Source: Lytechinus pictus
Lineage: Eukaryota
Direction of reading: 5' to 3'
DNA length: 64,000 nucleotides
Assembly (NCBI RefSeq): GCF_037042905.1
Contig: NC_087251.1
Span: 7,874,001-7,938,000, forward strand
Below, in pieces: positions 48,952 to 62,507 of this stretch. The position numbers were made by a program, and so were the translations under genes. The notes under the pieces were generated by a model that saw only the letters and a program-made list of their open reading frames with translations, ran no database searches and was not told where the DNA came from. Numbering within the stretch: the stretch's first letter is position 1; every line of letters begins with the position of its first letter.

Positions 48952-51583
48952 TCAACAGTCAATGACTAATTTTGTGATTAAAATGATGAATGTGAGAGAT
49001 ACAACCAAATTGTTTGAGGTAAGATATCCAGTCCCCGAATCAGTCGTTGTTTGGAAGTCTGTTGGAGTTAGGAAATCGATTCTGTATTGAAGAGTTCCAA
49101 GAACTGCATAGTGATCAGATAGGTCTGTAATGTTCTTTATTTCAACGCATTGGTCAGAATTGGGATAGCTTGGGAAAGGTGATATTGCCGTCGAGCAGAC
49201 CTCTAAAGGAGTAGACATCCTAGGTCTCACGACCTGTATTGTAGCAGCTTCAGGTTGAATGTGGGATCGACTATACAAGACATAGTCCAACCACCAGTTC
49301 GTATCGTTATTTTCGTCAAAAACGTCATTGTTCTCGTGATCGTATGTGACATTGAGTTCACCGATGATCATAGGAAGTGTGGCGTCAAGAGCGTCAACGA
49401 CGTCATCGCCATTGGTTGTGTTCAGTCTTGCATTCAGGTCACCTCCATAAATAACGGGTTCGTCATCACCGATGTCTTGCTCCAGCATGAAGTCATGAAT
49501 GATAGTAGCTTGGGCAACTCGAACATAGTCTGCATTCGGGGTTCGGAAAGCTTGCATATGAGTCCCAAAGACATGGTACATAACACTCTGTCCAGCAACA
49601 GTTTTATTGATCATGGCGTACACAACTCCCTTAGCCATCCACGAATATGGTTCGGCTATATCAAAAACTCGAGAATCATTCTTGACTATAGGCCACCTAG
49701 ATGCAATGAATGTAGCTCCATTCTCAATTTTTGGGAAAGGTTCGCCAACACCAACGGTATCCGTGTAATAGATAAATCCATATTGGTCCAGAATATTACG
49801 TATGGTTAGGATACTTGTTTCGATGGTGTTGTTAAAAGGAGCAAAGCAACCTCCCATAAAGACTTCGTTGAACACAATGACATCTATATCTGGATGCATA
49901 CTGAAGACTTTTCGTGGAATACGACATGTACGTTCCCTTTGACCACTCTGATAATAGAGATAACGTAGCTCAAAGACGTTGTATGCAAGAACTCTAATAG
50001 TGGTGGCAGGAGTGGGATCAGTCAGGGGTACAGCAGGTGGTGATGCACACTTTACTTTGGTCCCAATGATACAAGGTCTAAGTGATCCTCCACTCGGATC
50101 CTCACAAACGAAATCAAGACCGAAGTGGTCACAATGCTCGGCACTGGCCTCACAGAAATATGCGTCATCCTCATCACCTGTCAAATACAACCAAAAGTGA
50201 ACGTTATACTCAACGTTGCTTACAACGTATTTACCTTGCATTATCATCACTTCAGTATAAAGTTTAAATGCTTTCCTTTCATAATCGACATTTCGAAATA
50301 ATGCCTTAATGCTTTATCCATACATATGTGCCTTATATCAATGACAGATTGCTTAATGTTATTATGTTGTTATAAAATCATTATAGTGGTTTCCATAATA
50401 TGCCTGTATCGTATCTTGAAGCTCTTCGGCACAAGACATCATAAACTGGGAGCCACCTCCTGACTAGTCTGCAGGCACATACCCTGATTGGAACTTTGAT
50501 CAACAAGTGTGCCTCCACGCAAAGACTACCACATACAAAACTTGCTGTTCCAATACCTGAGCGAGAGAGCCTTCAGTACACAAGGCATTAGTAGGCTGCA
50601 CATTCAGTCCCTTAACTCGAGTGAAGGGTTTGTCCAGCAGACTACCTTCTGTTAATAAAGAGACCAGTTCTTCACAATCAATCAAAACCATGGATCTCAT
50701 TTGATTGTCAGATAAGACAATTTAGTCAGTGCTGATAATTTTTATGAAATTGCCATAGCACAAGGACCTGAGGATACAAAACTCCCATTGCGTTTTTTTA
50801 TGCTGGGAAAAGGCAGAGCCCTGTGAACAACTTATTTACAGGGGGGTCGACTGATGTGAATTTAACAAGCAAAAAAAAGGTTTCAATTTAATAGAAATGA
50901 AGGTCATTTTGGTCCCGGAAAATTTGACGAGCAAAGCACCCCTCTTTAAGGGCCATGGGAGGAGGCCAATCTGGATATTACAATATATATCAACAAGATG
51001 ATCCATATCATGAACATGATCAGTTCTTCCTAATACATTATTAACCAAAATATTCAAATTGACGTACCAAGCCAAACCGTAGGTTGTCCATCATCTACAT
51101 CGCAATTGTTACCTGCAAACATATAATAAACAAGAAAAATTAGAGCAATCAGACCATGGTATAAAAAATTGCATTATTTTCTTTCATCGTAGACGTCCAT
51201 CTCGTACATCTTATTTCATAGATCTTCCGTAATTTCTTTCACTTAATTTTGCAACTTATGTCCGACTCCTCCTCTAAATGCCATATTTTCCAAATCATGG
51301 ATTATTTGGCAACTGTATGTCATAGTGCAGTGTCCTCTATTTGTAGACCTATACAGCCGTAAGAGCTGACAGAAAACTGATAGAAATTTAAGATTTATAA
51401 AAATTTAAATTCTAATTTAAGATGGGTGGCTTTTAGTGCTTCCTCTTCCAATATTGATTGCACAGGACTCTTAAATACGTAAATTCATTCTTACATAGTA
51501 TACTTACCCTTACTGGTGGTATAGACTGATAAAAATATGATACTCAACGCAATTAATGTCAAAGGGTGTTGAACAATTCCCAT
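48952..51583 (-). CDS. Sphingomyelinase C-like paralog 3; complement(join(48952..50177,51068..51112,51508..51583)), 448 aa, predicted GPI-anchored
   Basis: Signal exon MGIVQHPLTLIALSIIFLSVYTTSK; micro-exon NNCDVDDGQPTVWL; same catalytic motifs; closest to paralog 1. Confidence 0.9.
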
Positions 51584-51614
51584 CTTGAATGTTACAGAGT
51601 GACAGGTCCGAAAT

Positions 51615-51647
51615 ACTGAATGCTGCTATCGGAGGGTCATGTATATA
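51615..51647 (-). promoter_or_regulatory. Candidate TATA plus initiator core promoter of paralog 3
   Basis: TATATA (51647-51642) lies 30 nt upstream of the A of a TCAGT initiator-like motif (51617), which is 34 nt before the ATG. Confidence 0.45.
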
Positions 51648-52678
51648 GGAACAATACGTGAGATTGGTAAATATTTCTGACCGCTAATAGCTCATCAGTT
51701 CAACCTTACCAAGGAATGCAATCGACTAGATTAGACTTCATCGAGATAACCAAACTAAAGTGTACACTTCTTGCGGGACTTCATGATACCAAAAGTCAAT
51801 TTTGACTGAACGTCCATGCAAGTTCTATCTTAGATGGTATACTTAACATGCTTAAGTTACGGTGTGATATGGCGTCACACCGGTAGGCCTACATATCCGT
51901 AATACTCTTTGACTTTACATTATTAATCTATGATTTTGTAATTTTTTTCTTTTGCAACGGAAAAACATCAACAAACACTATACTTCGACGAATCCCCATC
52001 CAATTTCTCTCTTTCTTGGATGGTCTGTTTATTTCAATTTCTGACTCTCTTTGTCTCTCTGTCTGTCCCTCTCTCATTCTTTCTCTCTTTGATTTACCCC
52101 TGTATAATCTCCCCTCTGTTTACCCTCATGATGTCAGCTTATCTTCTCTTGACTGTACAAATCAATTTTGAACTTAAATAAAGAATCACACGAATACTCT
52201 TCATTTTGTCTTTATTCTCCAATTTATTTTGGATGGGGGGTAGCAGTTCACTTACGTTTTTTTTTTTTTTTTTTTATAGTAAATACACAAATCGTTTTGA
52301 GCCGTTTTGTAAATACTTTTCTTCTCTTTTTTATTTATAAAATACAATTATCAAATCTTTTGTATTTGTTTTTGGAGCCTTGAAGGGTGTAACAATTACC
52401 TTTTCATCTCTCTTGGAATACTGCTATCGGTAAATTAAAGAGTGTCACCTGGGAATTGAAATATACCACTAGATTTTCCGTCTAAAAACATACCTTTAAT
52501 AAAACCCACCCAAAGCAATGGTTTTTTTTTACGTGTATGTATGAACAAATAGCTAAATATGAAATCGATAAGTTGCACGTTAAGTTACATATGATAGATT
52601 CACTAATGACTTAATTTATCACCATTAGTATCGAATAATTGTAGATCATTTTATGGAATCACCAATCTAGACTGATCC

Positions 52679-55600
52679 CTAGAAAAGTAGGCCTGAGAGT
52701 ATCGATAAAATGAAAGTAGCCATGCAAAGTCTGATGGTGACACCTGAATCTGTAGTCATTATAGAAGAGGTTGTATCTGATTTTGTGGTTTGGTCAGATT
52801 CTGTAGGTTCATGGGTGACAACGTTCGTGGTGCTGGGCTCACTTGATTCGGTTGTTACCGCTTTGTTATCAAACTTGTAGACACCAATTACTGCAAAGTG
52901 ATCAGCAAGATCAGTAATATTTTGAGTCTTTCGACATCTATCAGAGTCCGCATAGGTAGGGAATGGTGTGATGGCCTCCATACAGACTTCAAAGAACTCT
53001 GATGCCCTAGGACGCAGGATTTCCTGAGAAGCTGTTAACGGATGGAGGTAGTCTTCATGGTAGATTACATAATCCTTGTAGGATGCACTGTCGCCGTCTC
53101 TAGCATCATTGAGTAAGCCGTCCGTGGTGTAATTGAGTTCACCAATGATTGGTGGGACCAAAGCATGAAGGGCCTCGATGATGTTGGCAGTGTTGGACCT
53201 AGGTTCCCTGTCATAGTAGTTCGTGTTAAGATCACCTGCATAGATTACAGACTCTCCTGATGAGAGTGCCAATTTCACGACCAGATCGTGCATCTCTGTT
53301 GCCTGACTTACACGAACCCTGTCAGCATTTACTCCTTTTGATGCCTGTAGATGGGTCCCAAAGATGTTGTAATATCGACTCGATCCATTTACCGACTTAA
53401 GAACCCGAGCATACTTTGCGCCTTTTGCTGACAACGCATCTGCAGTCGTCTTGATCGCTTCCGTGTAAATTGTCTCATCTTCGGAAATTATTGGCCACCT
53501 AGAAGCAATAAAGACACCACCGTTCTCAAACTTGGGTAGTTCCCTTACTTCTCCAACTGTCTTGGTATGGTAGATGAATTCATGCTGTACCAGAATATCT
53601 CGAATAGTTAGAGTGCTCATCTTAACGGTTGAATTGAACTTGGAGAAGCAACCACCCATAAAGGCCTCATTGAATACAATCACGTCGATGTCTTGACGAA
53701 GACCGAAGAGCTCATGAAGAATACGACACGTTCGTTCTCGTTGCCCGTTCTGATAATAGAGGTATCGAAGTTCCCAGATGTTGTAAATGACCACACGGAG
53801 TTCAGATGACGGTGTCGGGTCATCAAGAGGGATGGGATCTGGAGCAGAGCACAGGACTTTGGTGCCATTAGCGCATGGTTCAAGAGAACCACCGGACGGG
53901 TCTTCACAGACATAAACGAGACCAAAATTAGAGCACTGATATGGTTCCGCCTCACAGTACGTTACATCATCTTCATCGCCTGAAATGAATTTATATGAAG
54001 AAAAAAAATCAAAGAGTAAAAATCACCCGATTCTTTTAGAATGCATGTGTTACAATATTTACATATTCATAGTTTGTGAGCTACCTATATATTATGAAAG
54101 AATTATTCAGTATAGAAAGTGAATCAGAGTGCAAGTGATGCACTCTGTCGAGAGAGGTGCATAAAATGGTTCTTGTACCTAAATTACGGCTTCTGAGAAG
54201 AACATACAATACATTATAAATCTCTGGCTTGATATCAATCCGTGAAAATATGGCTGAAGGAAATTAAAACTCAGATATTTGAATATAAAGGGAGAGTTTT
54301 TTACTGAAAGTTTTTTAAATTTTATTTTTCGATTTCTTTTTCTGACGAGCTAAGTGATTAGGTTGTGGAAATGAATTTTAAAAAAAGTGAAGAAAAGCAA
54401 TTGAGATGATATTTACCAAGCCATACCGATGGAGTGTCTTCCGGTTGGATTTCACAGTCTTGATCTGATAGAATGAAAGATAAAAGATTTGAAATTGATG
54501 ACTTAAATGAGAATAGGCGGATCCAGGGGGCCCGAGGGGCCCAGGCCCCACTATTGGCGGAGCAAAAAAAAATGAAAAAAAAACAGGGGGAAGAAAGAAA
54601 AAAAAGAAGGGGAAAGAAAGGAGGAAAAAGAAGAGGAAAAAATAAGAGGAGTGAATAAAATAAGGTCAGGGGAAGTCTTGGAAAATTATTTTTAAGAATA
54701 TTTCATGTCACTATATTAAATTTTCGCTCGCGCTTCGCGCTCGCATTGCCTGTTCGATGAGATACACATCTTGCTCAATAGGCTGATATGTAGCTTAAAT
54801 ATCAAGTTTTGAAATCAACATACAAAGCATATTTCAGCTCGGACATCGAGCTTTCATTATTTTGTTTGATTTACAATTTGATCTTTTAAGTGCTCTGTAA
54901 AATGTCCGTTTTATGTTGTAAATATCATTTGCAGCTTTTTGCGCTGTGCGCTTGCATTATTTGATTTGCCGAATAGGCCTACATATTGTCTTTGTTTATT
55001 CCATAAGATTCTATCAATTCTATAACAAACTACTTAAAATTCCCCTTTTATGACAGTATATCAAAAATTTCGTCTCGCGATATGCGCTCGCATTAATTTT
55101 TCAAATATATCAACTCATGAATCCTATTCATGATTACAAAAGTGCTAAAAATATCCAGTTGTCAGGCCTCAATATCAACAAATTTCACTCACTCTTTGTT
55201 CTTATTGAATCAATAAATAAATAATAGAATTTTCTACTAAAAAATTCCTTATAACTACATTGTCCCTTTTTCAGAAAGGAATATCGACAAGATTCATATC
55301 GCGCTTAGGAAGAGAAATCGGAAGATAGTCATCATTTTCATATGATTACAAAATGTCCTTAGGCCTAGAATGTCCAGGTCCTAGGTCAAAATAATAATAA
55401 ATATATCAACTCGCGCATCGCACTCGCATCATTTATTAAGTGTTATCCACATCCACTTCACAATTCCCCGACACAGCGCTTAAGATAGTCCTTTTCATAC
55501 CGGATCAAATATTTTCCGCTTCGCCCTCGCATTATTGATTTTCTTGATAAAAAAAATGAAATGCATTCAGAATGCCCAGATTCTGTCTAACTCTAAAACA

Positions 55601-58600
55601 CGCCCACACATTTTTATTGAAATACACAGCTTGATCTTTATTCAAAACGTGCTAATTATCCAGTTTCAGATCAGAACATACAAATTTTCTGCTCGCGCTT
55701 TGCGCTCGCATTATTAATGAAGGAAGATACCAAATTACCCATCCTTTTTCATGATTTACAAAACATGAATAGGATGTCCCATTTTTAGGCCTGAAATCTC
55801 TTTTTTTTCCGCTCGCGCTCCGCGCTCGCATCAATTGTTTGGTTATTTACAGTGCTTAGAATGTCAATTTTTTAGGTCGGAATGTCAAAAATTTTCAGCT
55901 CGCGCTTCGCGCTCGCATTATTTAATAGTTAGAAATATGCATCGTCTTAATGGCTAACTGCAAAACGTCCCTTTTTGATCAAGACAGAACCCATATTAAA
56001 AATTTCTGCTCGCGCATCGAGCTCGCAGTAATTATCTAGTTACATACGCATCTTCTTCAGGCTTATAAACATTGCCCAGAATGTTCAATTTTCAGGACAA
56101 AATACATGAAACTCCAAAAATATGTTTTAATGTTGTTTTATAAGAATAATGCTAAGAAATGACTTTTAGGACATGCGCGTTGTGCCCCCCCCCCCAAACC
56201 CCTTCAAAGAAACAAACAAAAATCTTCTTTGAACGGCCGATCGGGGAGAATATGGGTGAAATTTATTTTCGCCCCCCCCCCCCCTATTGGCGGAAGCTGG
56301 ATCCGCCCCTGACGTGTGTGATGTCTGAACCTACGGGTGTCGACCTAGGGGTAAGGCATTTCAGCCACGCATTAAATCTTTGAAAAAAATATCCCCAAGA
56401 AGTCCTCATGCAAGAAAGGGAAGTGATGGCACCATGAATTTTTCAAGTGTGTGTGTGTGGGGGGGGGGGGGTGGACTGCAAGCGCAGACCAATAAAATTG
56501 TGTACCGCAATAACAGATTTTCCAGGGGGCAACGGTTCGAACTAGGGAAGGGGTGGACGCCCCCAGCCGACACTGAGAAAGGGACTTGTATTGCACGTTA
56601 TCACTCTTATATTCTTCTTCTCTCGCACGTTAGGCATGGTTAGGTAACTTAACCCTAATCTAGCCGGGGGGTTGATTCGACCCCCCCCCCACGACATTTT
56701 CCGTGACCATTCCGCTGCGCGAAAATTTTTGACCGCGCAGCTCGCTGACTCTTTACTTTCTAGTCTTGCGCATCTTTTGAGACCAAATTTACGATTCCCG
56801 GCTCTGAGGTTCGTAATTACGCAACATTACGTAAGTGCATGTCGAACCCAAATTGCTCAAAAACGTGATTTTGTGTACAAGGCCAAAGTAAATTGAATTT
56901 TCTCAACTTATTCATAAAGATATGATTATTTCAACTTTGATAAGCTGAAATTAATTGATTTCAACATAATTATGCTTTAAAAGGGTTCTGCTATAAAGTT
57001 GGTGAAAAAACAAAGAAAAACTATAGGTCGAAAAACAAAGAAATACATAAGAAATTCATAAAACAATGAAATACATAAGAAATTATTTTCGAACCAGGAT
57101 TTTCTTCGTTTGTAATTGTTAGCAATCGCATAGAACACCCGGTCTTCTTAAGGTTAATAAATGTCATGTATACAAGTATAAGTATGTTAAAATACATTAT
57201 CATTGTCTAATAATATTTCTTTCAACTTAGTAAGAGGGGTTTCAAATGGGCGTCTTTTATTCTTCTTTAATACCTCCGCTGCAAAACATTTCGACTGATG
57301 TGCAAAAAACACGCACAATGGGTTGTGACAGAGGCAAATTTTACAGAGGCATACACTTAACGTTTGGAGATTGCCTCTCAGGTATCGAGTTGAGAGGCAA
57401 AATGGCTTGTTATTTTATTTATTTATTATTATTATTATTTTTTTTTTTTGGGGGGGGGATAAACCAGCATGTGACCAAATGATAATCCCTGCAAAAAATG
57501 ATTATGGTTAAGTATAGGCTTTATCATAATTTATATAAGATCCGCCTATGTGCGTGATAACGATGGAAACTGAGGGAAGAAATCGAGCAGGCCTTCAGGG
57601 AACTCTTTCAAGATCTAATCCCAAATATATGAAATGTGAACTTGCGCCCCCAACGATACTTCCTTCGAGGCAAATGAACAACATCGGCCTTCTAAAAAGA
57701 CACATGCCATCTGGTATTGAGATATTTTCTTTTGCAATTAGTAATTAATTAGATTAATACATTTTAAAAGTGGTTAATCCAGGGGACCAACCCACCGATC
57801 AACTAAAATTAATTGTCTTCCCCCTCTCCCTTTTTAGGAAGAAAAAATTACAACTTTACAGAGATAAAATTTTGTCATATTCTTTTTGGCCTATAAGCAT
57901 ATATATACATTAACCTCAAAATCAAATAGGTGCGGGGGGGGGGGGTAAAGGATTGGGGTATCTAAAATACATCTAGCAAAATTCAAACAATTTTTTGTCC
58001 CCTTCCCCTCTGATGATAACCTTACTATTCCCTATACTGTTTTTTTGTTGGGGTATGTTGATGAGGTTGATAATAATGCAGGCGTGCAAAATCATTAAAG
58101 AGGAGTCGCTTAATAGTTATTTTTATCACGATCTTCGTTTGAAATACTGTAGTTAAACAAACGTTATGTAGGATTACTTCTTTAAATTGTACATGCTTGA
58201 ATGAGGAAGTTCATCATGGCGATAAGTTGGTTTCAATAAAAGCAACCCCCCCCCCAAAAAAAAAGAGTAGCAGTTGGAATATTTATTTTCCGATTTAAAC
58301 CGCATTGAAAATAAACATAACGGTTCAAATGGCTTACAGTCAAAGAAAATATAGGCCTATACAGATTGAATTGGCTGGATATCATGTTTATCAGCTGTGC
58401 CAATCGTGACACTGTTGTTCTGTCATGGGGTCCAGTGAAGAGAAGAACAGACAATAAAAGGAAAATATAAGAGTGAAAGAAAAGGCAAAGCAGAGTTCAT
58501 AAATACAATACTTGGTATATGAACTTTACATAGTCGTTTAATAGTCTAAACATCCACGCTCAAGGATTAAATATATTTTTTGGTGTTTAAGGTTTTACAT

Positions 58601-59164
58601 ATTTTGGCAAAAAGAGGAGATGCAAACCAATTTAATTTCATGCATGAGTATTAAAATAGGCTTATATCGAAAAGAGAGTGTCATTATATAGTATATATGT
58701 ATATATAAGTAAATCGGAGAAATCATGTCATTTCAAATGGAAAGCTATAGCGAAATGAACGAGAGCTTTTGTGATTATAAAACGCGTTTGAATACTCGTG
58801 TAATAGATTTGCTTATCATTGGTTCTAAACTTAGAAGCAATCGACATTTGGATTTGATTTGGAGTAAAACAACCTATAATATCAGCGAGTCAAAAATATA
58901 AATGGAAAAATTTACAAATTAGGCCTACACTCGACTTTTAGGAAAATCAATTTTCGCATGTGTATGAAAAGATAACCTGATATTAAAAAAAAAAAACACT
59001 TGTTCTGGAGTGCAAAAGAAACTGATAACAGTTTTTTTTATGTAGGCCTATATCCAAATAGTTACATTATTATTTAAAAGGTAAAACTTACCCGCTGCAC
59101 TCTGAATTATTGTAGAAATGATCAAGCTGAAGGTAATAAGTAAAGTCTTTCTGAACACCGTCAT
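52679..59164 (-). CDS. Sphingomyelinase C-like paralog 4; complement(join(52679..53979,54417..54464,59092..59164)), 473 aa, predicted GPI-anchored
   Basis: Candidate signal exon MTVFRKTLLITFSLIISTIIQSAA (G|GTAAGT), less certain than the other exons; micro-exon QDCEIQPEDTPSVWL. Motifs FNEAF, ENGGVFIASRWPI, DALSAKG, GTHLQA, AGDLN and ADHF; long S/T stalk. Confidence 0.85.
54512..56311. mobile_element. hAT-like element with internal cgcgcttcgcgctcgca tandem array (intron 1 of paralog 4)
   Basis: Termini ggcggatccag/ctggatccgcc; same internal unit as 2550-4223; TSD not evident. Confidence 0.6.
56653..57090. mobile_element. Truncated piggyBac-like MITE related to 37842-38605
   Basis: TTAA|CCCTAATCTAG start; inverted similarity to 38200-38605 (aaaattttttgaccgcg, gctcgctgact, ttttgagaccaa). 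Confidence 0.6.
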
Positions 59165-59383
59165 TTTGGAATATTTTTTGTTTTCAATCTGTTATAGTAT
59201 GAACATGAAAACGCCTTGTTCATATTTTGATATTTTGTTATCTTTAATTAGCTACAACTTAACTTAATATCTCTGAACTATGGATATTGTATCCTTTGAA
59301 TCGTAGATTAAAATAATCTGCATATCAGTTGTCAGGATATAGGTCAACAAAAGGGGTCGCTCATACCCTTTAAAAACTGTTAA

Positions 59384-60008
59384 AGGTCAAGTCCATCCCA
59401 GAAAAAAATGTTGATTTGAATCAATATAGAAAAATCAAACAAGTATGACGCTGACAATTTCATTGAAATTGGATTAAAATAAGAAAGTTATGACATTAAA
59501 TACTTTGCTTATTTTTCACAAAACAGTTACATTCACAACTCATATGCAGTGATATGCAAATGAGAGAGTCGATGATGTCCCTCACTCACTTTTTTTTCTT
59601 ATATTGTTTGAATTTATTTACAGTCTTTCCCGCATACATTCGTATTTCCAGATTTGACAATATGCATTGGACCCTCTTGATTGAACCACTAAATGTTACA
59701 CAATAGTAATTTCACGTCTTCGGGAAGAAATAAAACTCTGTTTCATATGACAATGAGGATAAAATTAAAACATTTTATATTTCATACAACAAAATACAAA
59801 AGAAATAGTGAGTGCATGGGTGATGTCATCGATCCCCTCATTTGCATGCAGATGTGCATATATTGTTTTGTGAAATTAAGCGAAACTTTAAGATGTCATA
59901 TATAACTTTTTTATTTTACATCCGATTTTTATGAAATTTTCAGTGTTAATCTTGTTGGATTTTTCTCTTTTTATTCAAATCAACATTTTGTTGGGGTGGA
60001 CTTGTCCT
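59384..60008. mobile_element. Kolobok-like MITE
   Basis: TTAA|AGGTCAAGTCCATCCCA...TGGGGTGGACTTGTCCT|TTAA with long imperfect TIRs (atgttgatttgaat/attcaaatcaacat). Confidence 0.8.
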
Positions 60009-61971
60009 TTAATGAGAAACAGTCGGAACGTTGGGGTCTACATTTTCTGAACCCAAGTTTCTTCGAATCGGTTCGAATCTATTGGGGCTGTTTCATGATT
60101 TTCACGGACGTACTCGATATTTTTTTAATTGTTGCAGATTATTGATAGAAAAAAAATCTTACATTTCGTCCGCGGGAATATTGAGAAATTTGGTGTGGAA
60201 TGTTTTTCGAGGGTGATCGGCAAGGTAAGGAAAGTTTCTTATGGATACAATCTTAAAAAAAGGTTAGAGGGAAATAGGCTTGAGAAATATATTGGATTTG
60301 AAATCAATCTCAAAATGCGGTTGGCGACCAATACAAAATTAGATTGAGAGAAATATTGATTTTTAAAATATCGCTTGATATTTTCAATGTAATTTTCAAA
60401 AGGTCTTTCATTGCAATCAAAATGAATTAGTGCATCAAAATAACCAATATTTTTTTCAAACATATTTTGATATAGGATAACGAGATTATGCAATAAGAAA
60501 CATTTTCTTATGATTACATCTGGGTCCTTTATAAAAAAATAAAAATTAAAAAAAAACCCTCACAGTAATGCACGTAAAATTTAGACCAAATAGGCCTATA
60601 TACTTGCATGAATCAAGAATGTAGGGCCTATCATATCGCAAAAAAAATATTCCAAACAAAATAGAAGCATGAATGAGTACGGAAGGAATATTGGTGATAA
60701 CATTATATGATAATGGATGGGTCAGATCGACCGACAAAAAAGTGTCAAAATCATCCATGCCTTTTTCGGCAAAACCTCTTTTAGAGTGTATTTGATCATT
60801 TTGATCGATGCTCTCGTTGGTATAAGCAAAATGACAAACTATAGTTAAAGTTAAATACTCTCATGGGTCACATCATGATCTGAAATAATTCTTAAAACGG
60901 ATAAGGATGCATCTAATATGAGTATTCTCTCTGACATTCCTTATAATGGAAAATATAAGTCCTCCAAACTGTGGTTCATGGAGACCGATATAAATCAAAT
61001 ATTGAAACATCAATCAGGCCTATATATATTGAGATTTCCAATCAGAATGATAGTTGTAAAGATTTTTACAAGCATCGATTAAAATGTTGAGACAAAACTT
61101 TTATGTCATTTGAAATTGGCAATGCATGCTTCCACTTTCAAATGGAATCAACCCAGGAATCACTTTCAAAGTGAATAATTTGATTGATATTAACACCGAT
61201 ACATACACACACATATATAATATATATATTTGTAATTAAAAAGAATAAAGGGTCGAAAGTGCGAAAGTGTATATAGCTTTAAAGTAAGTCCCCTAATTGT
61301 TCTTTTCATGCTTTTACCCGAATCAGTCGCCCTTCAGTCGCAATGTCCTAATAATTAAGATGGGCCTTCAATGTTATGAAAAAAAGGAGACATGAGTTAC
61401 GGTATCTCTTTCCTGAGCCTGACTGATTTACTGTTGAACATCATTTTGTTTGTAAGATACGTAAGATAATGGTCTATAACTTTATAAGTAAAGTGTTAGT
61501 TTGTTAATATCTGTCTTGTGTCTTCTGTTTGGAACAACAAAATAAATCTTTCAAATCAGGAAGTCACTGAAAGCAAGGAGGAATATTATAGGAAGAAAGT
61601 TAACTGGCCATCGGATGTCTCATATAAATTGCGATGAGTGCATGTGTAGCATCCAACCATGATAGGGATACCTAATGATCACTCAACGAAGGCGCTATCT
61701 AGGCTGGTACTGGTTCAGACTGCAATTCCGCAACCGAGTTATTTCGCTATTTGCCGTGATCCAAGAAGCACGTCTGTGGATATGTATACCGTACTGTACT
61801 GTGCTGTGGACACTGTGTGAGCTGAGCTGAGGATATGGATGTAAACAAACCGGATGCCTGTATTATGTCTACGGTATCTTCTAAACTTGGATATAACGTC
61901 ATAGTAAATCTCGTGACCCTACGTGTTTTTGAATGATTTGTACTGCACATGGGCATCGGTTTCGGCCGCCC

Positions 61972-62392
61972 ATGCCCCGTAAAATTCGCCCAAAAACTCC
62001 CGGCGATAAAAAGGAGCCCAAAACAGAAGGTCCACAGTCCATTCACAGAAGGAATTTCCAGTGGGCCAGCTATCCAGTGCTTTTACTGTTCAGCTTACTT
62101 CGTTTTATTGTGTTCCAGCTGTGGATTCTCATAACTGAGGCTGTTTCTCGAGTCAGTGGACGGCAGAGTTTCGGCATGGTCGACAGCAGCAAGACGGGTT
62201 ATGGTCCTCTGAAAAACGACATGGAGGATAATGGGAATGCTATGACTGGAGTGACAATTAATCCTTCAACGTCTTCCAATCCAACATCTAATGGAACTAA
62301 GCTTGATCCACAGCTATCAAAGCAGAAACAACATCATAAAAGAGCATTTGAGTATTTAACTAAAGCTCTAAAAATAGACGAGGAAGATAAAG
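61972..62392 (+). CDS. SPAST: Spastin, coding exon 1 (gene continues beyond the window)
   Basis: SIHRRNFQWASYPVLLLFSLLRFIVFQLW is the spastin hydrophobic hairpin. KQKQHHKRAFEYLTKALKIDEEDK is the start of the MIT domain, ending at a phase-1 donor AG|GTGTGT. Start is gccgcccATG at 61972; an in-frame ATG also exists at 61933. Confidence 0.9.
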
Positions 62393-62507
62393 GTGTGTGA
62401 ATTAATGAAAGTATATAACTAAAACTAAGTGCCGGAATTTTTTTTTTGGAACAGTTGGGAGAAGGGTATTTTCCAGCAAGTGCATGTATGTTGCTGTAAT
62501 CTGCATG

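Noticed and set aside
50178-50250. ORF-track N-terminus of paralog 3 (MMIMQGKY...), and the single-exon starts given for paralogs 1, 2 and 4
   Set aside because: These are intron read-through or internal codons; conserved acceptors (ag|GT GAT GA or ag|GC GAT GA) and upstream exons give better models.
24120-59164. Bacterial contaminant contig as the source of the SMase C genes
   Set aside because: Consistent GT-AG introns, eukaryotic signal and GPI-like sequences, host TEs inside introns and linkage to spastin argue against it.
61747-62046. 99-aa minus-strand ORF over the spastin 5' region
   Set aside because: Antisense to spastin exon 1, with no motif or splice support.
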